DNA of 42,797 nucleotides from Thermomicrobiales bacterium (GTDB taxonomy: Bacteria > Chloroflexota > Chloroflexia > Thermomicrobiales > UBA6265): assembly GCA_035936075.1 (NCBI GenBank), contig DASYWM010000236.1, positions 1-42,797 of the forward strand, in the 5' to 3' direction. Below the pieces are notes generated by a model that saw nothing but the letters and a program-made list of their open reading frames with translations, did not search any database and was not told where the DNA came from. The position numbers and the translations under genes were made by a program. Positions 25,685 to 35,880 of the stretch are shown here, one piece after another. Numbering within the stretch: the stretch's first letter is position 1; each line of letters begins with the position of its first letter.

Positions 25685-27019
25685 CTACATCCGCTCGGCT
25701 CCGGTGAGGGAGATCAGGCGCTCGAAGTAATCGGGGAAAGTCTTGGCAGTGCATTCGGGGTCGAGGATGCGGATGCCGTGGGCCCGGAGCGACGTGACAC
25801 CGAAGCTCATCGCCATCCGGTGATCGTCGTAGGTCTCGATGTCGGCAGGGGTGACGGGACGCGGGGTGATCGTCATCCCGTCCTCGAACTCCTCGACCTC
25901 CTGCCCGAGCTTTCGCAGCTCGGTGGCGACGGCACTGATGCGATCGGTCTCCTTGATGCGGTTGTGGGCAACGCCCCGGATCGTCACCGGTCCGTCGGCA
26001 AAGGGCGCGATTGCTGCCAGAGTCTGGGCGGTGTCCGAGATCTCGGTCATGTCGAAGTCGCCGCCCTTCAGCGCGCCATCGGTCGGCCCACGTACGATCG
26101 TCTCCGACTCCCTCATCTCAACCTCGGCACCCATCGCCTCGAGGACATCGACGAAATCGAGATCGCCCTGCAGCGAGTCGGTGCCCAGGCCTTCGACGCG
26201 GACCTCCCCGCCAGTGATCGCCGCCGCGGCAAAGAAGTAGGAGGCGTTGCTGGCGTCCGGCTCTATATGGAAGAGGCGTCCCCCATAGGCCTGTCCCGGT
26301 TCCACCCGGAATGTCTGCCAGGTCTCGTCGTCGATCTCCGCCTCGGCCCCGAAGGCTGCCATCACATCGACCGTGATCTCGATATAGGGCTTCGAGACGA
26401 GGTCGCCATCGACCTTGATGGTCATACCCTGCTGGGCGTAGGGCGCGGCCATCAGAAGACCGGTGAAGTACTGGCTGCTCTTGTCGCCGGGGAGGGTGAC
26501 CGCGCCGCCCGGGAGGCCCTCCGCGACGATCCTCACCGGCGGGCAGCCGGTGCCTTCCTCACTGGCGGCGTTGACGCCGAGTTGATCAAGCGCGTCGAGC
26601 AGGGGAGCGATCGGTCGCTCGCGCATGCGGGGAACGCCGTCGAGACGATAGGTACCGTGACCGAGCGCGACGGCGGCGGTCAGAAAGCGCATGGACGTGC
26701 CGGAGTTGCCTACGAAGAGGTCCGCTTCATGGACGGGGATCTTGCCGCCGCATCCCACGACCGTGAATGACTCTGCCTGCTGGTCTCCCGTAATCCGGAT
26801 CCCAAGCTGGTTGAGGGCGGCGGCCATGTAGCGGGTGTCGTCGCTGAAGAGTGCGCCAGTGAGGATTGATTCGCCGTTGGCCAGTGCCGCGATCAGGAGT
26901 GCACGGTTCGTGATGCTCTTGGAGCCCGGGATGTTGGCGGTGCCGACGACCGGCCGGCTGACAGGGGCGAGCTCGAGCACGTTGGCGCGAAAAGACGAGT
27001 GGGAATAGAACATCGACAT
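25685..27019 (-). CDS. aroA: 3-phosphoshikimate 1-carboxyvinyltransferase (EPSP synthase)
   Basis: NIPGSKSITNRALLIAALA, the LFVGNSGTSMRFL motif and length 444 aa. Confidence 0.96.
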   Translation of the reverse strand: MSMFYSHSSFRANVLELAPVSRPVVGTANIPGSKSITNRALLIAALANGESILTGALFSDDTRYMAAALNQLGIRITGDQQAESFTVVGCGGKIPVHEADLFVGNSGTSMRFLTAAVALGHGTYRLDGVPRMRERPIAPLLDALDQLGVNAASEEGTGCPPVRIVAEGLPGGAVTLPGDKSSQYFTGLLMAAPYAQQGMTIKVDGDLVSKPYIEITVDVMAAFGAEAEIDDETWQTFRVEPGQAYGGRLFHIEPDASNASYFFAAAAITGGEVRVEGLGTDSLQGDLDFVDVLEAMGAEVEMRESETIVRGPTDGALKGGDFDMTEISDTAQTLAAIAPFADGPVTIRGVAHNRIKETDRISAVATELRKLGQEVEEFEDGMTITPRPVTPADIETYDDHRMAMSFGVTSLRAHGIRILDPECTAKTFPDYFERLISLTGAERM

Positions 27020-27223
27020 GCGGTAGCACTCCGGGGATGGGACAGTGGCCGGTCAGGCAGAGGATCTGCCCGCAAGATGGGTCAACTGTGGCGGAACCAC
27101 TGCCCCGCGTCAATGTGGTGCTTGACAGTGTTGCATCCTGGGAGCATGATGGGGCTACCGGGGCCCTCTCATCCGCAATTCATCCTGTCGTACGGCATCC
27201 TCTAGCATGAAGCGAGGGCGGCC

Positions 27224-28495
27224 ATGTCGGGGCTCTTTGGTTCGACCATCCTTGAGGTGGTGCTGGGACTCGCATTCATCTATACCCTCCTGAGCCTGCT
27301 GTGTTCGAGCATCAATGAGCTCCTCGCGGGTTTCCTCAAGCTGCGAGCCAGGAACCTGGAGAGGGCGATCCAGAATATCCTGTGCGACGAAGACCTGGTA
27401 CGGGAAGTTCTCGGCCACCCGCTGATCAAGGCCATGGGGAGCACACGCGCCGAGACGACTGGCGTTAAGGTAGGTGCAGGCCAGGGGACCCGGAAGGATT
27501 TTGCAGGCAAGCCCAGCTACATCCCGTCCCGGACATTCGCTGTCGCCCTCTTCGATACCATCACTCCCCCCACCGGTCGCTCGATCACGGTCGGCGATGT
27601 CCAGCGGGCAGCGGAAGAGATGGCTGGAGCGGTCGAGAAACGGGCTGCGGACCTGACGCCCAGGGAGACGATCGGGCGAGCACTGTCGAGCCTGATCAAT
27701 GAAAGCCGCGACCCGCAGCAGCTCTTCCTGACGGTCGACCAAGTCAAGGAGGTCGTCAACAGCCTGGCAGATCCCTCGCTTGACGACGAAACCAGGCAGA
27801 AGTTATCCGCGGCAGCAACGCTGGACGATCTCCGCCGCCTGATTGAGCGATTCCCCGACGACACCATACGTGGGCGACTGATCGATATGCTCGCCGAAAG
27901 CCAGACGGGCCTGGACCGGGCGCGGCTCAGCATAGAGCGCTGGTTCGACGACGCCATGGATCGCGCTTCAGGTGTATACAAACGGCGCACGCAGTGGTGG
28001 CTACTCATGATCGCCGCTGCGGTCACCCTGTGTATCGGAGCCGACATGTTCCGGCTCTATGACAGCCTCGCGACCAATCCCGGCTTGCGGACCGCGCTCG
28101 TTGCCCAAGCGGAGCAGCAAGCCGCGGCTCCCGCGAGTGACGGGGTGTTGCCGTCAGAGACAAACGATGGTGAGGTGAGCGATACCCCGTCCACCGACAG
28201 CGCGGAGGGCTCCCTGCCCGCGCCGAGCGTAGGTGAGATATTCGACGAACTCGATCAGACGAGCTTGCCGTTTGGTTACAGTGACCGGCCAGGCATGGAT
28301 GGTGAGGAGGCGGACGCACGTGACTGGTTTCGCTGGCTCCTCACGAAGATCTCAGGGCTTCTCGTGACGATGTTCGCCATCGCTCTTGGCGCACCGTTCT
28401 GGTACGACACACTCAACCGGGTCTCCAACATCCGCGCCGCCGGCAAACCTCCGGCTTCAACGGACGCTTCTGCTGCGCCTTCCCGCTCGACGTAA
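27224..28495 (+). CDS. Conserved-looking membrane protein of unknown function (N-terminal TM helix, two C-terminal TM helices)
   Basis: 423 aa. N-terminus LEVVLGLAFIYTLLSLLCSSINELLAGFLKLRARNLERAI. GAGGG sits upstream of the ATG. I recognise no domain. Confidence 0.75.
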   Translation: MSGLFGSTILEVVLGLAFIYTLLSLLCSSINELLAGFLKLRARNLERAIQNILCDEDLVREVLGHPLIKAMGSTRAETTGVKVGAGQGTRKDFAGKPSYIPSRTFAVALFDTITPPTGRSITVGDVQRAAEEMAGAVEKRAADLTPRETIGRALSSLINESRDPQQLFLTVDQVKEVVNSLADPSLDDETRQKLSAAATLDDLRRLIERFPDDTIRGRLIDMLAESQTGLDRARLSIERWFDDAMDRASGVYKRRTQWWLLMIAAAVTLCIGADMFRLYDSLATNPGLRTALVAQAEQQAAAPASDGVLPSETNDGEVSDTPSTDSAEGSLPAPSVGEIFDELDQTSLPFGYSDRPGMDGEEADARDWFRWLLTKISGLLVTMFAIALGAPFWYDTLNRVSNIRAAGKPPASTDASAAPSRST

Positions 28496-28631
28496 CAGAG
28501 TAGGCGTCAGCGCCAAACTCCGGTCAGCAGATGACGTTGACCTGATGTGTTCATTGAATGGAAACACTCGCGGCGATGTATGAACCTGAGTGAGCCTCGG
28601 TCCATCGTTGCCGGGGTCTTTCTTGGATCAC

Positions 28632-29597
28632 TTAACTGTCACCGAGGGCAGAGACGATGGTATTGGTGTTGTAGGTCATCATGCCGATGTAGCTGCTGCC
28701 GTCGGAACCTTCCTCGCCGAGCGCGTCCGTATAGAGCGTGGGGGCGAGCTCGACCCCGGCCTCGTCGGCGATCGACTGCATCAGGGACGGGTTGACCACG
28801 TTCTCTGCGAAGATTGCCGGTACGTCCGCCTCCTGGATATCCTCGACGAGTGTCGTGATCTCTTTCGCTGACGGGTCTCCGGATTCGCTCGAGGATGAGC
28901 CAAGCGCCGTGCCGATGATGTCGAAACCGTATGCCTTGGCGTAATAGGCGAAGGTATCGTGGCTGGTGACGAGCTTTCGGTTCGCTTCCGGGATAGTGGC
29001 CACCTGCTCGCGGATGGCGCCGTCAAGCTCCTTCAGTTGCTCGATATAGGCCTCCGCATTGGCCCTGTAGGTATCGGCGTTGTCCGGGTCCACCTCGGCA
29101 AGGGCCGTGCCGATTAGCTCAACGGATGAAATAGCATTGCTGACATCGCCCCAGATGTGAGGGTCACCCTCGTCCTCATCATGATTCTCCTCGTCTTCGT
29201 GGTCGGCACCGAGAAGCGTCATATCCCGGGTCACCTCGACGTAGGCAGCTTCAGTGCCGGATGCCTCGATCATGTCGGCGAGCCAGGGCTCGAACCCGGA
29301 ACCGATCGCGAAGATGATGTCCGCGTCGGCAATACTTGCCACCGTAGCTGGGTCGGGATCGAACGTATGGGCGTCGCCACCAGCCGGGACGATTGACGTA
29401 ACGTCAGCCGAGTCGCCGGTGACATTGCTGACCCAGTCCGCCAGGATGCTGGACGAGGCGACAACCTTGATCGGATCGCCATCAGCGGCACTGGTCGGTG
29501 ACGAAAGGGCGAGGAGACCGAACAGAAGCGCGAGGATGATTGCCACGGAGGCCCTGCGGAGCAGGGGCATCCCTACCAATATTCGGGACTGGGACAT
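28632..29597 (-). CDS. ZnuA-like zinc ABC transporter substrate-binding protein (orphan: no adjacent permease or ATPase)
   Basis: Signal peptide, TroA/ZnuA-fold sequence and an acidic/His-rich loop HEDEENHDEDEGDPH, characteristic of zinc-specific ZnuA proteins. Confidence 0.88.
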   Translation of the reverse strand: MSQSRILVGMPLLRRASVAIILALLFGLLALSSPTSAADGDPIKVVASSSILADWVSNVTGDSADVTSIVPAGGDAHTFDPDPATVASIADADIIFAIGSGFEPWLADMIEASGTEAAYVEVTRDMTLLGADHEDEENHDEDEGDPHIWGDVSNAISSVELIGTALAEVDPDNADTYRANAEAYIEQLKELDGAIREQVATIPEANRKLVTSHDTFAYYAKAYGFDIIGTALGSSSSESGDPSAKEITTLVEDIQEADVPAIFAENVVNPSLMQSIADEAGVELAPTLYTDALGEEGSDGSSYIGMMTYNTNTIVSALGDS

Positions 29598-29698
29598 AAA
29601 ACGGCGAATCCTTCACTGGGGCAGTGCCGGCCAGCATGAGCCCGACGGCAAGATACAAGGCAAATGGGGCACACAAACAGGAACAAGATCCTCCAAGA

Positions 29699-29713
29699 TG
29701 ATACCGAGTATCA
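29699..29713. promoter_or_regulatory. 6-3-6 palindrome TGATAC-CGA-GTATCA. Candidate Fur-family (Zur-like) box.
   Basis: Perfect 6-bp arms in the divergent region between the ZnuA-like gene (start 29597) and the zinc-metallopeptidase gene (start 29873). Confidence 0.4.
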
Positions 29714-29763
29714 GTATATGGACGCTGATCACCCTCGTCAACGAGGCGCGGTCCTGCTCAAAC

Positions 29764-29787
29764 CGGGAACCCGTCGACGGGTTCCCG
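29764..29787. repeat. 24-bp perfect palindrome CGGGAACCCGTCGACGGGTTCCCG
   Basis: Exactly self-complementary, in the same divergent intergenic region. Function unknown. Confidence 0.8.
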
Positions 29788-29872
29788 TCGTTGTACCAAT
29801 GGAACATATGAACCGGCGCGAGCATCCCGGAGGGTAGATGCTTGCCACGCTGACCAGGCCAGGGGATCAATC

Positions 29873-30997
29873 ATGCTGACATCACTTAGGAAAGCCGTGC
29901 TTGCCACGCTGGCACTGTGGCTCATAGTTGGCGGCACCTTCGGTGCTTCACCGGCAAGCGCGAGGCAATCGGAGGACGAAGAAGAGGAGGTGGTGCGCAC
30001 CGTCATCGACCTCCTGCGGCTCGAAGGTCAAGGTGACCTGGACCGCCTCTACGATGCGATGGCGCCGGAATCCCGCGGGATCATCCCGCGCCAGGCCTTC
30101 GTGAACTGGTACTCAGATGAGGACCGGACGGTGCCCGCCGATGAGCCGGAGATCGAGTCGATCACCTTTGACGACTGGGAATCGGATGCCACCGGCGACG
30201 AGTACGAAGATGTCGCAGTCGTGGAGTATTCCGTCGAGGTTGAGGCTGGCCGCGACGAAGACATCCGCTCCGCGGAGATGATTCTCTGGAACGATGGGCA
30301 GGTCTGGCGCTGGTTTTTTGCCGACATGGAGGTGGACGCCGAGGACGTTGCGGAGGAGGACGAGTGGACGGTAGACTACGAGACTCCGTACCAAACCGAG
30401 ATGTACCAGAACCTCGATATGTTCTGGGCCCAGATCTTCGACAATGCCGGTCTCGCGTACCATCCACCGGTGGATATGGTAGGCGTGCTGGTCGAGCCGA
30501 CGCGCACTGGCTGCGGCGTCGAGAACGACATCACGCAGATGGCCGTCTACTACTGCACCCTGGATGAGACGATCTATTACGACCCCGCTTTCCGCGATGC
30601 GATGGTCGAGAACATCGGTGACTATGCCTGGGAGCATGTGATCGCCCACGAGTGGGGGCACCACGTCCAGAATCTGCTGGGTCTCACGACCGCGATGGAC
30701 CCCGAGCTTGAGGGCGGGCAGTACACGATCGAGCATGAGCTTCAGGCCGACTGCCTGGCCGGGATGTTCGGGCAGGACGCTCGAGCCCGTGGGCTTATCA
30801 GAAGCCGGGACCTGAACGAGGCGATCGATATCACGGGCATCGCCGGAGATGCCGCCGGTACCTCGTGGGATGATCCCAGCGCGCATGGCAGCGCCGAGCA
30901 GCGGGAGGAGTCATTCTGGATTGGTTACAATGACGGCTTCCGGGGATGCCACATCAGGCTCGATGTCGAAGGTGGCGACGGGAACAACCGATGGTGA
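29873..30997 (+). CDS. Secreted neutral zinc metallopeptidase, YpfJ family
   Basis: Signal peptide, then FWAQIF...YYC...IYYD, HEWGHHVQ (HExxH) and ELQADCLAG, as in PF04228-type proteins. Confidence 0.85.
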   Translation: MLTSLRKAVLATLALWLIVGGTFGASPASARQSEDEEEEVVRTVIDLLRLEGQGDLDRLYDAMAPESRGIIPRQAFVNWYSDEDRTVPADEPEIESITFDDWESDATGDEYEDVAVVEYSVEVEAGRDEDIRSAEMILWNDGQVWRWFFADMEVDAEDVAEEDEWTVDYETPYQTEMYQNLDMFWAQIFDNAGLAYHPPVDMVGVLVEPTRTGCGVENDITQMAVYYCTLDETIYYDPAFRDAMVENIGDYAWEHVIAHEWGHHVQNLLGLTTAMDPELEGGQYTIEHELQADCLAGMFGQDARARGLIRSRDLNEAIDITGIAGDAAGTSWDDPSAHGSAEQREESFWIGYNDGFRGCHIRLDVEGGDGNNRW

Positions 30998-31014
30998 GCC
31001 GGAATTTCCCAGGG

Positions 31015-31052
31015 ATGAGAGGCGGCCACTTCGGCCGCCTCTCATTGTTTGC
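31015..31052 (+). terminator. Intrinsic terminator downstream of the metallopeptidase gene
   Basis: 13-bp stem ATGAGAGGCGGCC/GGCCGCCTCTCAT, 5-nt loop, then TGTTTG. Confidence 0.7.
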
Positions 31053-31141
31053 CCAGTGCTCCGATATCACCAGGGGGCGTGCGGATCTTGCGCGATTCCG
31101 TACAATGTAGCAAACACGCATCTTCGCCCAAGGAGCCCCTC

Positions 31142-32455
31142 ATGACGATGGCACACACCCAGACCGAAAATCCCCTGGATGTTTTCACTGATGTCACCTT
31201 GCCACGTTGGGCGCTGGTCGAGCAACGGCTCGATGACACATCGGTGGGGGATTTCGGGGAGGCCATTGCCCGGGAGTTTGCGCGGCCCGAGATCCGGTCG
31301 ACGATTGGGCCGGGCCAGAAGGTCGCGCTGACGGCAGGTAGCCGCGGTATCGACCGGATTGCCGAGGTGCTCCGCGCCGTCGTCGATCAAGTGAGAGGGC
31401 TCGGGGCGGAGCCCTTCATCATCACGGCGATGGGGAGCCATGGTGGCGCGACCGCCGAGGGGCAGCGGGAGGTGATTGCCCATTACGGTGTTACCGAAGA
31501 GACCATGGGCGCGCCGATCCGTGCCAGCATGGAGACGGTGCACCTGGGCACCATCGAGGGGAACGTGCCTGTCTGGTTCGACCGGATCGCCTACGAGGAG
31601 GCGGACGTCGTTATCCCGATCGGGCGCGTGAAGCCGCATACCTCCTTTCGCGGCCCGACCGAGTCCGGCCTGATGAAGATGCTGGCGATCGGGCTGGGCA
31701 AGCAGCACGGCGCAAGCTGGTTCCATAGCCATGGGATCGGGACGTTTGGTGACCTGATCCCCCGGGTTGCGCAGCACACGTTGTCCCAGGTGAACATCCC
31801 ATTCGGGATCGCCCTGGTCGAGAACGGGCTGAGCAAGATGGCCCTGATCGAGGCGGTGCCGCGGGAGGGGATGTATGAGCGGGAATGCGAGTTGCTGGAA
31901 ATTGCCCGCGGCATGCTGGCGGTCTTGCCGCCGGTCGCGAAGGTCGATGTCCTGATCGTGGATGAGATCGGCAAGGACATCAGCGGTGACGGGGCAGACC
32001 CCAATGTTGTCCACCGCGGCGTTGCGAACGAGATCGACTTTTCCGAGGATCGTCCCTCTATCCAGCGAGCGGTTGTGCGCGGGTTGACGGAGGACACCGA
32101 GGGTAACGCATCCGGCATCGGCATGTTTGACTTCGCCCTGCGGCGCGCGGTCGAGGCGATGGATCCGATTCCCACCTACATGAACATGCTGACGGCCAAG
32201 GCGCCGCAAGGCGCGAAGATACCGATCACGGTTGAGAACGACCGCCAGGCACTCTCCCTCGCGATCGCTTCGGCATTGAGGGTGGAGGAGGGCACCGCGA
32301 AGATTCTCCGCATCCGTAGCACGAAGCACCTGACCCAGATGCTGCTCTCCGAGCCGCTGCTGGCGGAGCTGGAGGGGATGGACGGTATCGTGAGAATCGG
32401 GGAGCCGATGGATATCGGGTTCGACGCCGAGGGCATGTTCAACGCGGAGTTGTAG
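31142..32455 (+). CDS. Lactate-racemase-N-terminal-domain (DUF2088) family protein
   Basis: AAGGAG lies 6 nt upstream of the ATG at 31142. GSRGI...MGSHGGAT...KPHT motifs resemble LarA N-domain/DUF2088 proteins. Assigned from memory only. Confidence 0.6.
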   Translation: MTMAHTQTENPLDVFTDVTLPRWALVEQRLDDTSVGDFGEAIAREFARPEIRSTIGPGQKVALTAGSRGIDRIAEVLRAVVDQVRGLGAEPFIITAMGSHGGATAEGQREVIAHYGVTEETMGAPIRASMETVHLGTIEGNVPVWFDRIAYEEADVVIPIGRVKPHTSFRGPTESGLMKMLAIGLGKQHGASWFHSHGIGTFGDLIPRVAQHTLSQVNIPFGIALVENGLSKMALIEAVPREGMYERECELLEIARGMLAVLPPVAKVDVLIVDEIGKDISGDGADPNVVHRGVANEIDFSEDRPSIQRAVVRGLTEDTEGNASGIGMFDFALRRAVEAMDPIPTYMNMLTAKAPQGAKIPITVENDRQALSLAIASALRVEEGTAKILRIRSTKHLTQMLLSEPLLAELEGMDGIVRIGEPMDIGFDAEGMFNAEL

Positions 32456-32577
32456 CGCCGCAGCATCAGGAACACCTGATACGCAATCCGGATGAACAAT
32501 CCCGCACGTGTCGCAAGGTATCACCCCGGGGTTGACCCATTCGGCACGCTCGGGGGGTTGGTGCTGCTTCGCCGATC

Positions 32578-32603
32578 GGGTCAACATGGAGTTGCCCCCT
32601 ACA
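32578..32603 (+). repeat. Family A hairpin repeat (one stem mismatch)
   Basis: GGGTCAAC-ATGGA-GTTGCCCC-CTACA. Confidence 0.7.
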
Positions 32604-32849
32604 CGTCCATGCATTGATCGACTGAATTCCGTATGATGCCCACTTCTACTGCCGCCCGGGCATCGGCTTCGCCGGGGGGATTCTTCGCGTTCGCCCAGAA
32701 TGACGATTGTGTGAGGGCGTTCAGCGGCCCGGCCCAAGATCCTGAGTTTGCTGCAGGTCAACCGTGTACCTGATGGCTTCGCCGGAGATCCTTCCCGGTG
32801 GTCAGAATGATGGATGTGGTGGCGTGTGCCCCGCACACCGGATTCCCTG

Positions 32850-33521
32850 CTACCGCGCCATCGATTCCGCGCGTTGGACGCAATCCAGCAGGCGCTGGCG
32901 GATCGCGATCGGCAGATCCCGCCAATCCTCGGGGCTGTCGAGGTCGCACTCAAGACCAGGAGCCCTTGCGGTTTTCATCTGGATACCGAGCCGGTCTGCT
33001 TCTGCGTGGTGCCGGTGGTAGCTCTGGCTCCCGAACGCAAAGGCGAACTGTTGCGGGTGTGCGGAATCGAGCCGGAGGAACAGGGCATTGGTCCCACTTC
33101 CATGGCGATCCGGCGCGATCACGGCAGGAGCATCGGGCCGAACCATGCTCTCCACATCGGCGGGGGCCAGTATCGGGAGATCCGCCGGCAGGACCAGCAT
33201 CGCGTCATAGCTATGTGTGAGGGCCCAGTCGCGGCCGAGATCGAGCGCGGCGTTGAGCCCGGTGTGCTCGACCGGCTGAAACAGGACCGTGTGCCGGGGA
33301 TCCGGGCCAATCTGGCGCAACGTCTCGTCGGACTCGCGGGTGACGATCAGGGTTGTGTCGATACCCGGGCATGCGTCCAGCACGTCCAGCACATGGGTGA
33401 GCATCGACCAGGCGAGCGAGGCGCGCTCATGCTCCGCGAATATCGGGGATAATCGCGTCTTTGCCCCGTGCGCCCCGCGAATCGGAACGACAGCGACCGT
33501 GCGCATCAGGCGCGCGTCCAT
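32850..33521 (-). CDS. cofC: 2-phospho-L-lactate (or PEP) guanylyltransferase, F420 biosynthesis
   Basis: VAVVPIRGAHGAKTRLS N-terminus and nucleotidyltransferase fold pattern. Overlaps the cofD stop. The alternative start at 33506 gives a TGATG overlap. Confidence 0.85.
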   Translation of the reverse strand: MDARLMRTVAVVPIRGAHGAKTRLSPIFAEHERASLAWSMLTHVLDVLDACPGIDTTLIVTRESDETLRQIGPDPRHTVLFQPVEHTGLNAALDLGRDWALTHSYDAMLVLPADLPILAPADVESMVRPDAPAVIAPDRHGSGTNALFLRLDSAHPQQFAFAFGSQSYHRHHAEADRLGIQMKTARAPGLECDLDSPEDWRDLPIAIRQRLLDCVQRAESMAR

Positions 33522-34453
33522 TCCACGTCAAGAATCTCCTGTGCCAGCCGTCCCCGGTCGGACGTGTCTCCCATGATGGTCTGGCCCACGTGCACCTGCA
33601 ACCCCTGCTCGGCCAGGGGTGTTTCGAGCGCTGCATCGGCATGGTCGATGACGATGCCGTCGATAATGCCCCTGTAGATCTCCGCGACGCCGAGCGGCGA
33701 CACGTCGACGCCCCGGGATGCCAGCATGCGGTCGGCTGGGCCCTTGAGCGCCCGTCCACCGATGATCGGGCTGACGGCCACGATGGGCGCTTCGGCGTCG
33801 ATCAGGGCCTCGCGGATTCCCGGCAGCGCCAGGATGGGCCCAATGCTGACGACCGGGTTCGAGGGGCAGAAGATGATGAGAGTGGCGGACGCGATGGCTT
33901 CCAGAACCTCGCTCGTCGGGGTTGCCGCCTCGATGCCCTTGAACCGGACATCAAGCACTTCGTCGTCATGGCGCCGGGCCACGAAGTAGTCCTGGAACCC
34001 CAGCCACCCGTCGGCGGTAAGGATCTCGGTCGCTACCGGGTCGTCGGACATGGGGAGTAGTGTCGCCTCGATGCCGAGAGCTGCCGCCAGCCGGGCCGTC
34101 GTGGTGGTGTGCGTCGCGCCCTCCTGAAGATAGTGGCTACGGAGGATGTGCGTGGCGAAATCCTGATCCCCGAGCGTGAACCAGGGATCCTCACCGTATC
34201 GAGCGATGGCGTCGAGGGTTGCCCGGGTATCCCCCGCAATGCCCCAGCCTGTTGTGGGGTTCGCGAGCCCGGCGAGCGTGTACATGACGGTGTCGACATC
34301 GGGGCTGATGTACAGGCCGTACAGGCGAAAATCATCGGTCGTGTTGATGATCGCGCTAAGCTGATCCTTGGGAAGGACGGCGGCGAGCCCCTGCACCAGC
34401 TTTGCACCACCGACACCGCCCGCGAGGGCGACCACATTGCCATATTCGGGCAC
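33506..34453 (-). CDS. cofD: 2-phospho-L-lactate transferase, F420 biosynthesis
   Basis: VVALAGGVGGAKLVQGL N-terminus and CPSNPVVSIGPIL motif. GTG start with GAGG upstream. Confidence 0.92.
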   Translation of the reverse strand: MPEYGNVVALAGGVGGAKLVQGLAAVLPKDQLSAIINTTDDFRLYGLYISPDVDTVMYTLAGLANPTTGWGIAGDTRATLDAIARYGEDPWFTLGDQDFATHILRSHYLQEGATHTTTTARLAAALGIEATLLPMSDDPVATEILTADGWLGFQDYFVARRHDDEVLDVRFKGIEAATPTSEVLEAIASATLIIFCPSNPVVSIGPILALPGIREALIDAEAPIVAVSPIIGGRALKGPADRMLASRGVDVSPLGVAEIYRGIIDGIVIDHADAALETPLAEQGLQVHVGQTIMGDTSDRGRLAQEILDVEWTRA

Positions 34454-34707
34454 GAAAACCTCATCTCGTTACGTGGCGACGAAGGGCCGGCATGATGCTG
34501 ACGATGATACGTGACAGGGACGTGATGAGGGTGTCCCTCAGCCCCGTTGGGTGGTTCAAAGCGGAGGCGGCCATTGCCCGCGGGCACCGGTGGCATGGTG
34601 CAGGAGGGCAGCCCGTTCACGGTTCGGAGGCGGGGCCTCTTCTCTTCCGGGTGCCTGTCCTGGCTGGTACGATGCGCGTCTAACGGATTTGGGGCGGGCG
34701 TGGCGAC

Positions 34708-35736
34708 ATGCCGGTCAGGATCAGATGGAGGCGGTTGGTGTTTCAGGATCTGCATATCATCGATGTTCACGCGCATTTCCCGATCAGGGGCGATGCCAGC
34801 CAGGGCGGGAGCCGCACCCGGGAGACGGGAAGGATCGATAATCCGGCGGCTGTCGAGCGGCAGGAGCTTCGCACGCAGCAGCTGGAGCGGATGCGCCACC
34901 AGTGGCGGATGGCGTTCGACTTCCCCGAGCCGGAGACGGAGCCGCGCAGCAGCGAGGAGCAGGCTGACCGCTGGGTTGCCGAGCTGGAGAAGTACGGCAT
35001 CGAGCGCATTGGTTTCGTGACCGGCCGGGACAACGATGAGCTGGCGCGGGTCGTGAAGATGTATCCTGACCGCTTCATCGGCTTCGCCCATCACGACATT
35101 ACCCGGCCGGATGCCGGGGAGGAGCTGGAGCGGGCCGTGGGCGAGCTGGGCCTGAAGGCGCTGAAGCTGATGGCGCCCAGGATCCCGATCCTGATCAACG
35201 ACGCGTCGCTCTACCCGGTCTGGGAGACGTGCGAGCGGCTGGGGATCCCGGTGCTCTGTCACTTCGGGATGTTGGGCGCGGCTGGCGGGATCTCGTATCA
35301 CCCGAATATCTCGCCGGCGGTGCTGGAGCCGGTCGCGCGGGATTTCCCGACGGTCGATTTCATCATCCCGCACTTCGGCATCCAGCATGTGACCGACCTG
35401 CTCTTCCTCTGCTGGTCGTGCCCGAACGTGAACGTGGACTCCTCCGGGTCCAACCAGTGGGTGCGATGGATGCCCTACAAGCTGACGCTGGACGATTTGT
35501 TCCAGCGCTTCTACGAGACGGTCGGGCCGGAGCGGATCCTCTTCGGCAGTGATTCGAGCTGGTTCCCGCGCGGGTTTGCGCTGCGGTACCTGCAGGACCA
35601 GCTGCGCATCTGCCGGTTCATGAACATGCCGCACGAGCACCTGCAGCTGATCTTCGGCGGCAACGCGGCGCGGATCCTGAACGTGCCCCTGGGCGATATC
35701 GACGCGAGGAAGGCGGCTGAGGGGCAGGCTGGATAG
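34708..35736 (+). CDS. Amidohydrolase-family (TIM-barrel metal-dependent hydrolase) protein
   Basis: IIDVHAHFP metal-binding start and later HFG/H..D motifs. The 623-aa ORF on the opposite strand is a high-GC shadow. Confidence 0.8.
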   Translation: MPVRIRWRRLVFQDLHIIDVHAHFPIRGDASQGGSRTRETGRIDNPAAVERQELRTQQLERMRHQWRMAFDFPEPETEPRSSEEQADRWVAELEKYGIERIGFVTGRDNDELARVVKMYPDRFIGFAHHDITRPDAGEELERAVGELGLKALKLMAPRIPILINDASLYPVWETCERLGIPVLCHFGMLGAAGGISYHPNISPAVLEPVARDFPTVDFIIPHFGIQHVTDLLFLCWSCPNVNVDSSGSNQWVRWMPYKLTLDDLFQRFYETVGPERILFGSDSSWFPRGFALRYLQDQLRICRFMNMPHEHLQLIFGGNAARILNVPLGDIDARKAAEGQAG

Positions 35737-35740
35737 CCGT

Positions 35741-35871
35741 TTAGGCTGCCAAATGAAACAATTTGGCCGGTGGCAGCCTAAGGGAGATCGGGGGCTGATT
35801 TTCCCTGCGGTGACGGGGATTTCTTCAGGCTGCCACATTATCCGGATCGTGGGGTGAAATGTGGCAGCCTG
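35741..35871 (+). repeat. Twin hairpins sharing AGGCTGCC arms, immediately 3' of the amidohydrolase stop
   Basis: H1: TTAGGCTGCC (35741-35750) pairs with GGCAGCCTAA (35772-35781). H2: CAGGCTGCCACAT (35826-35838) pairs with ATGTGGCAGCCTG (35859-35871). Confidence 0.75.
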
Positions 35872-35880
35872 GGCGGAATG

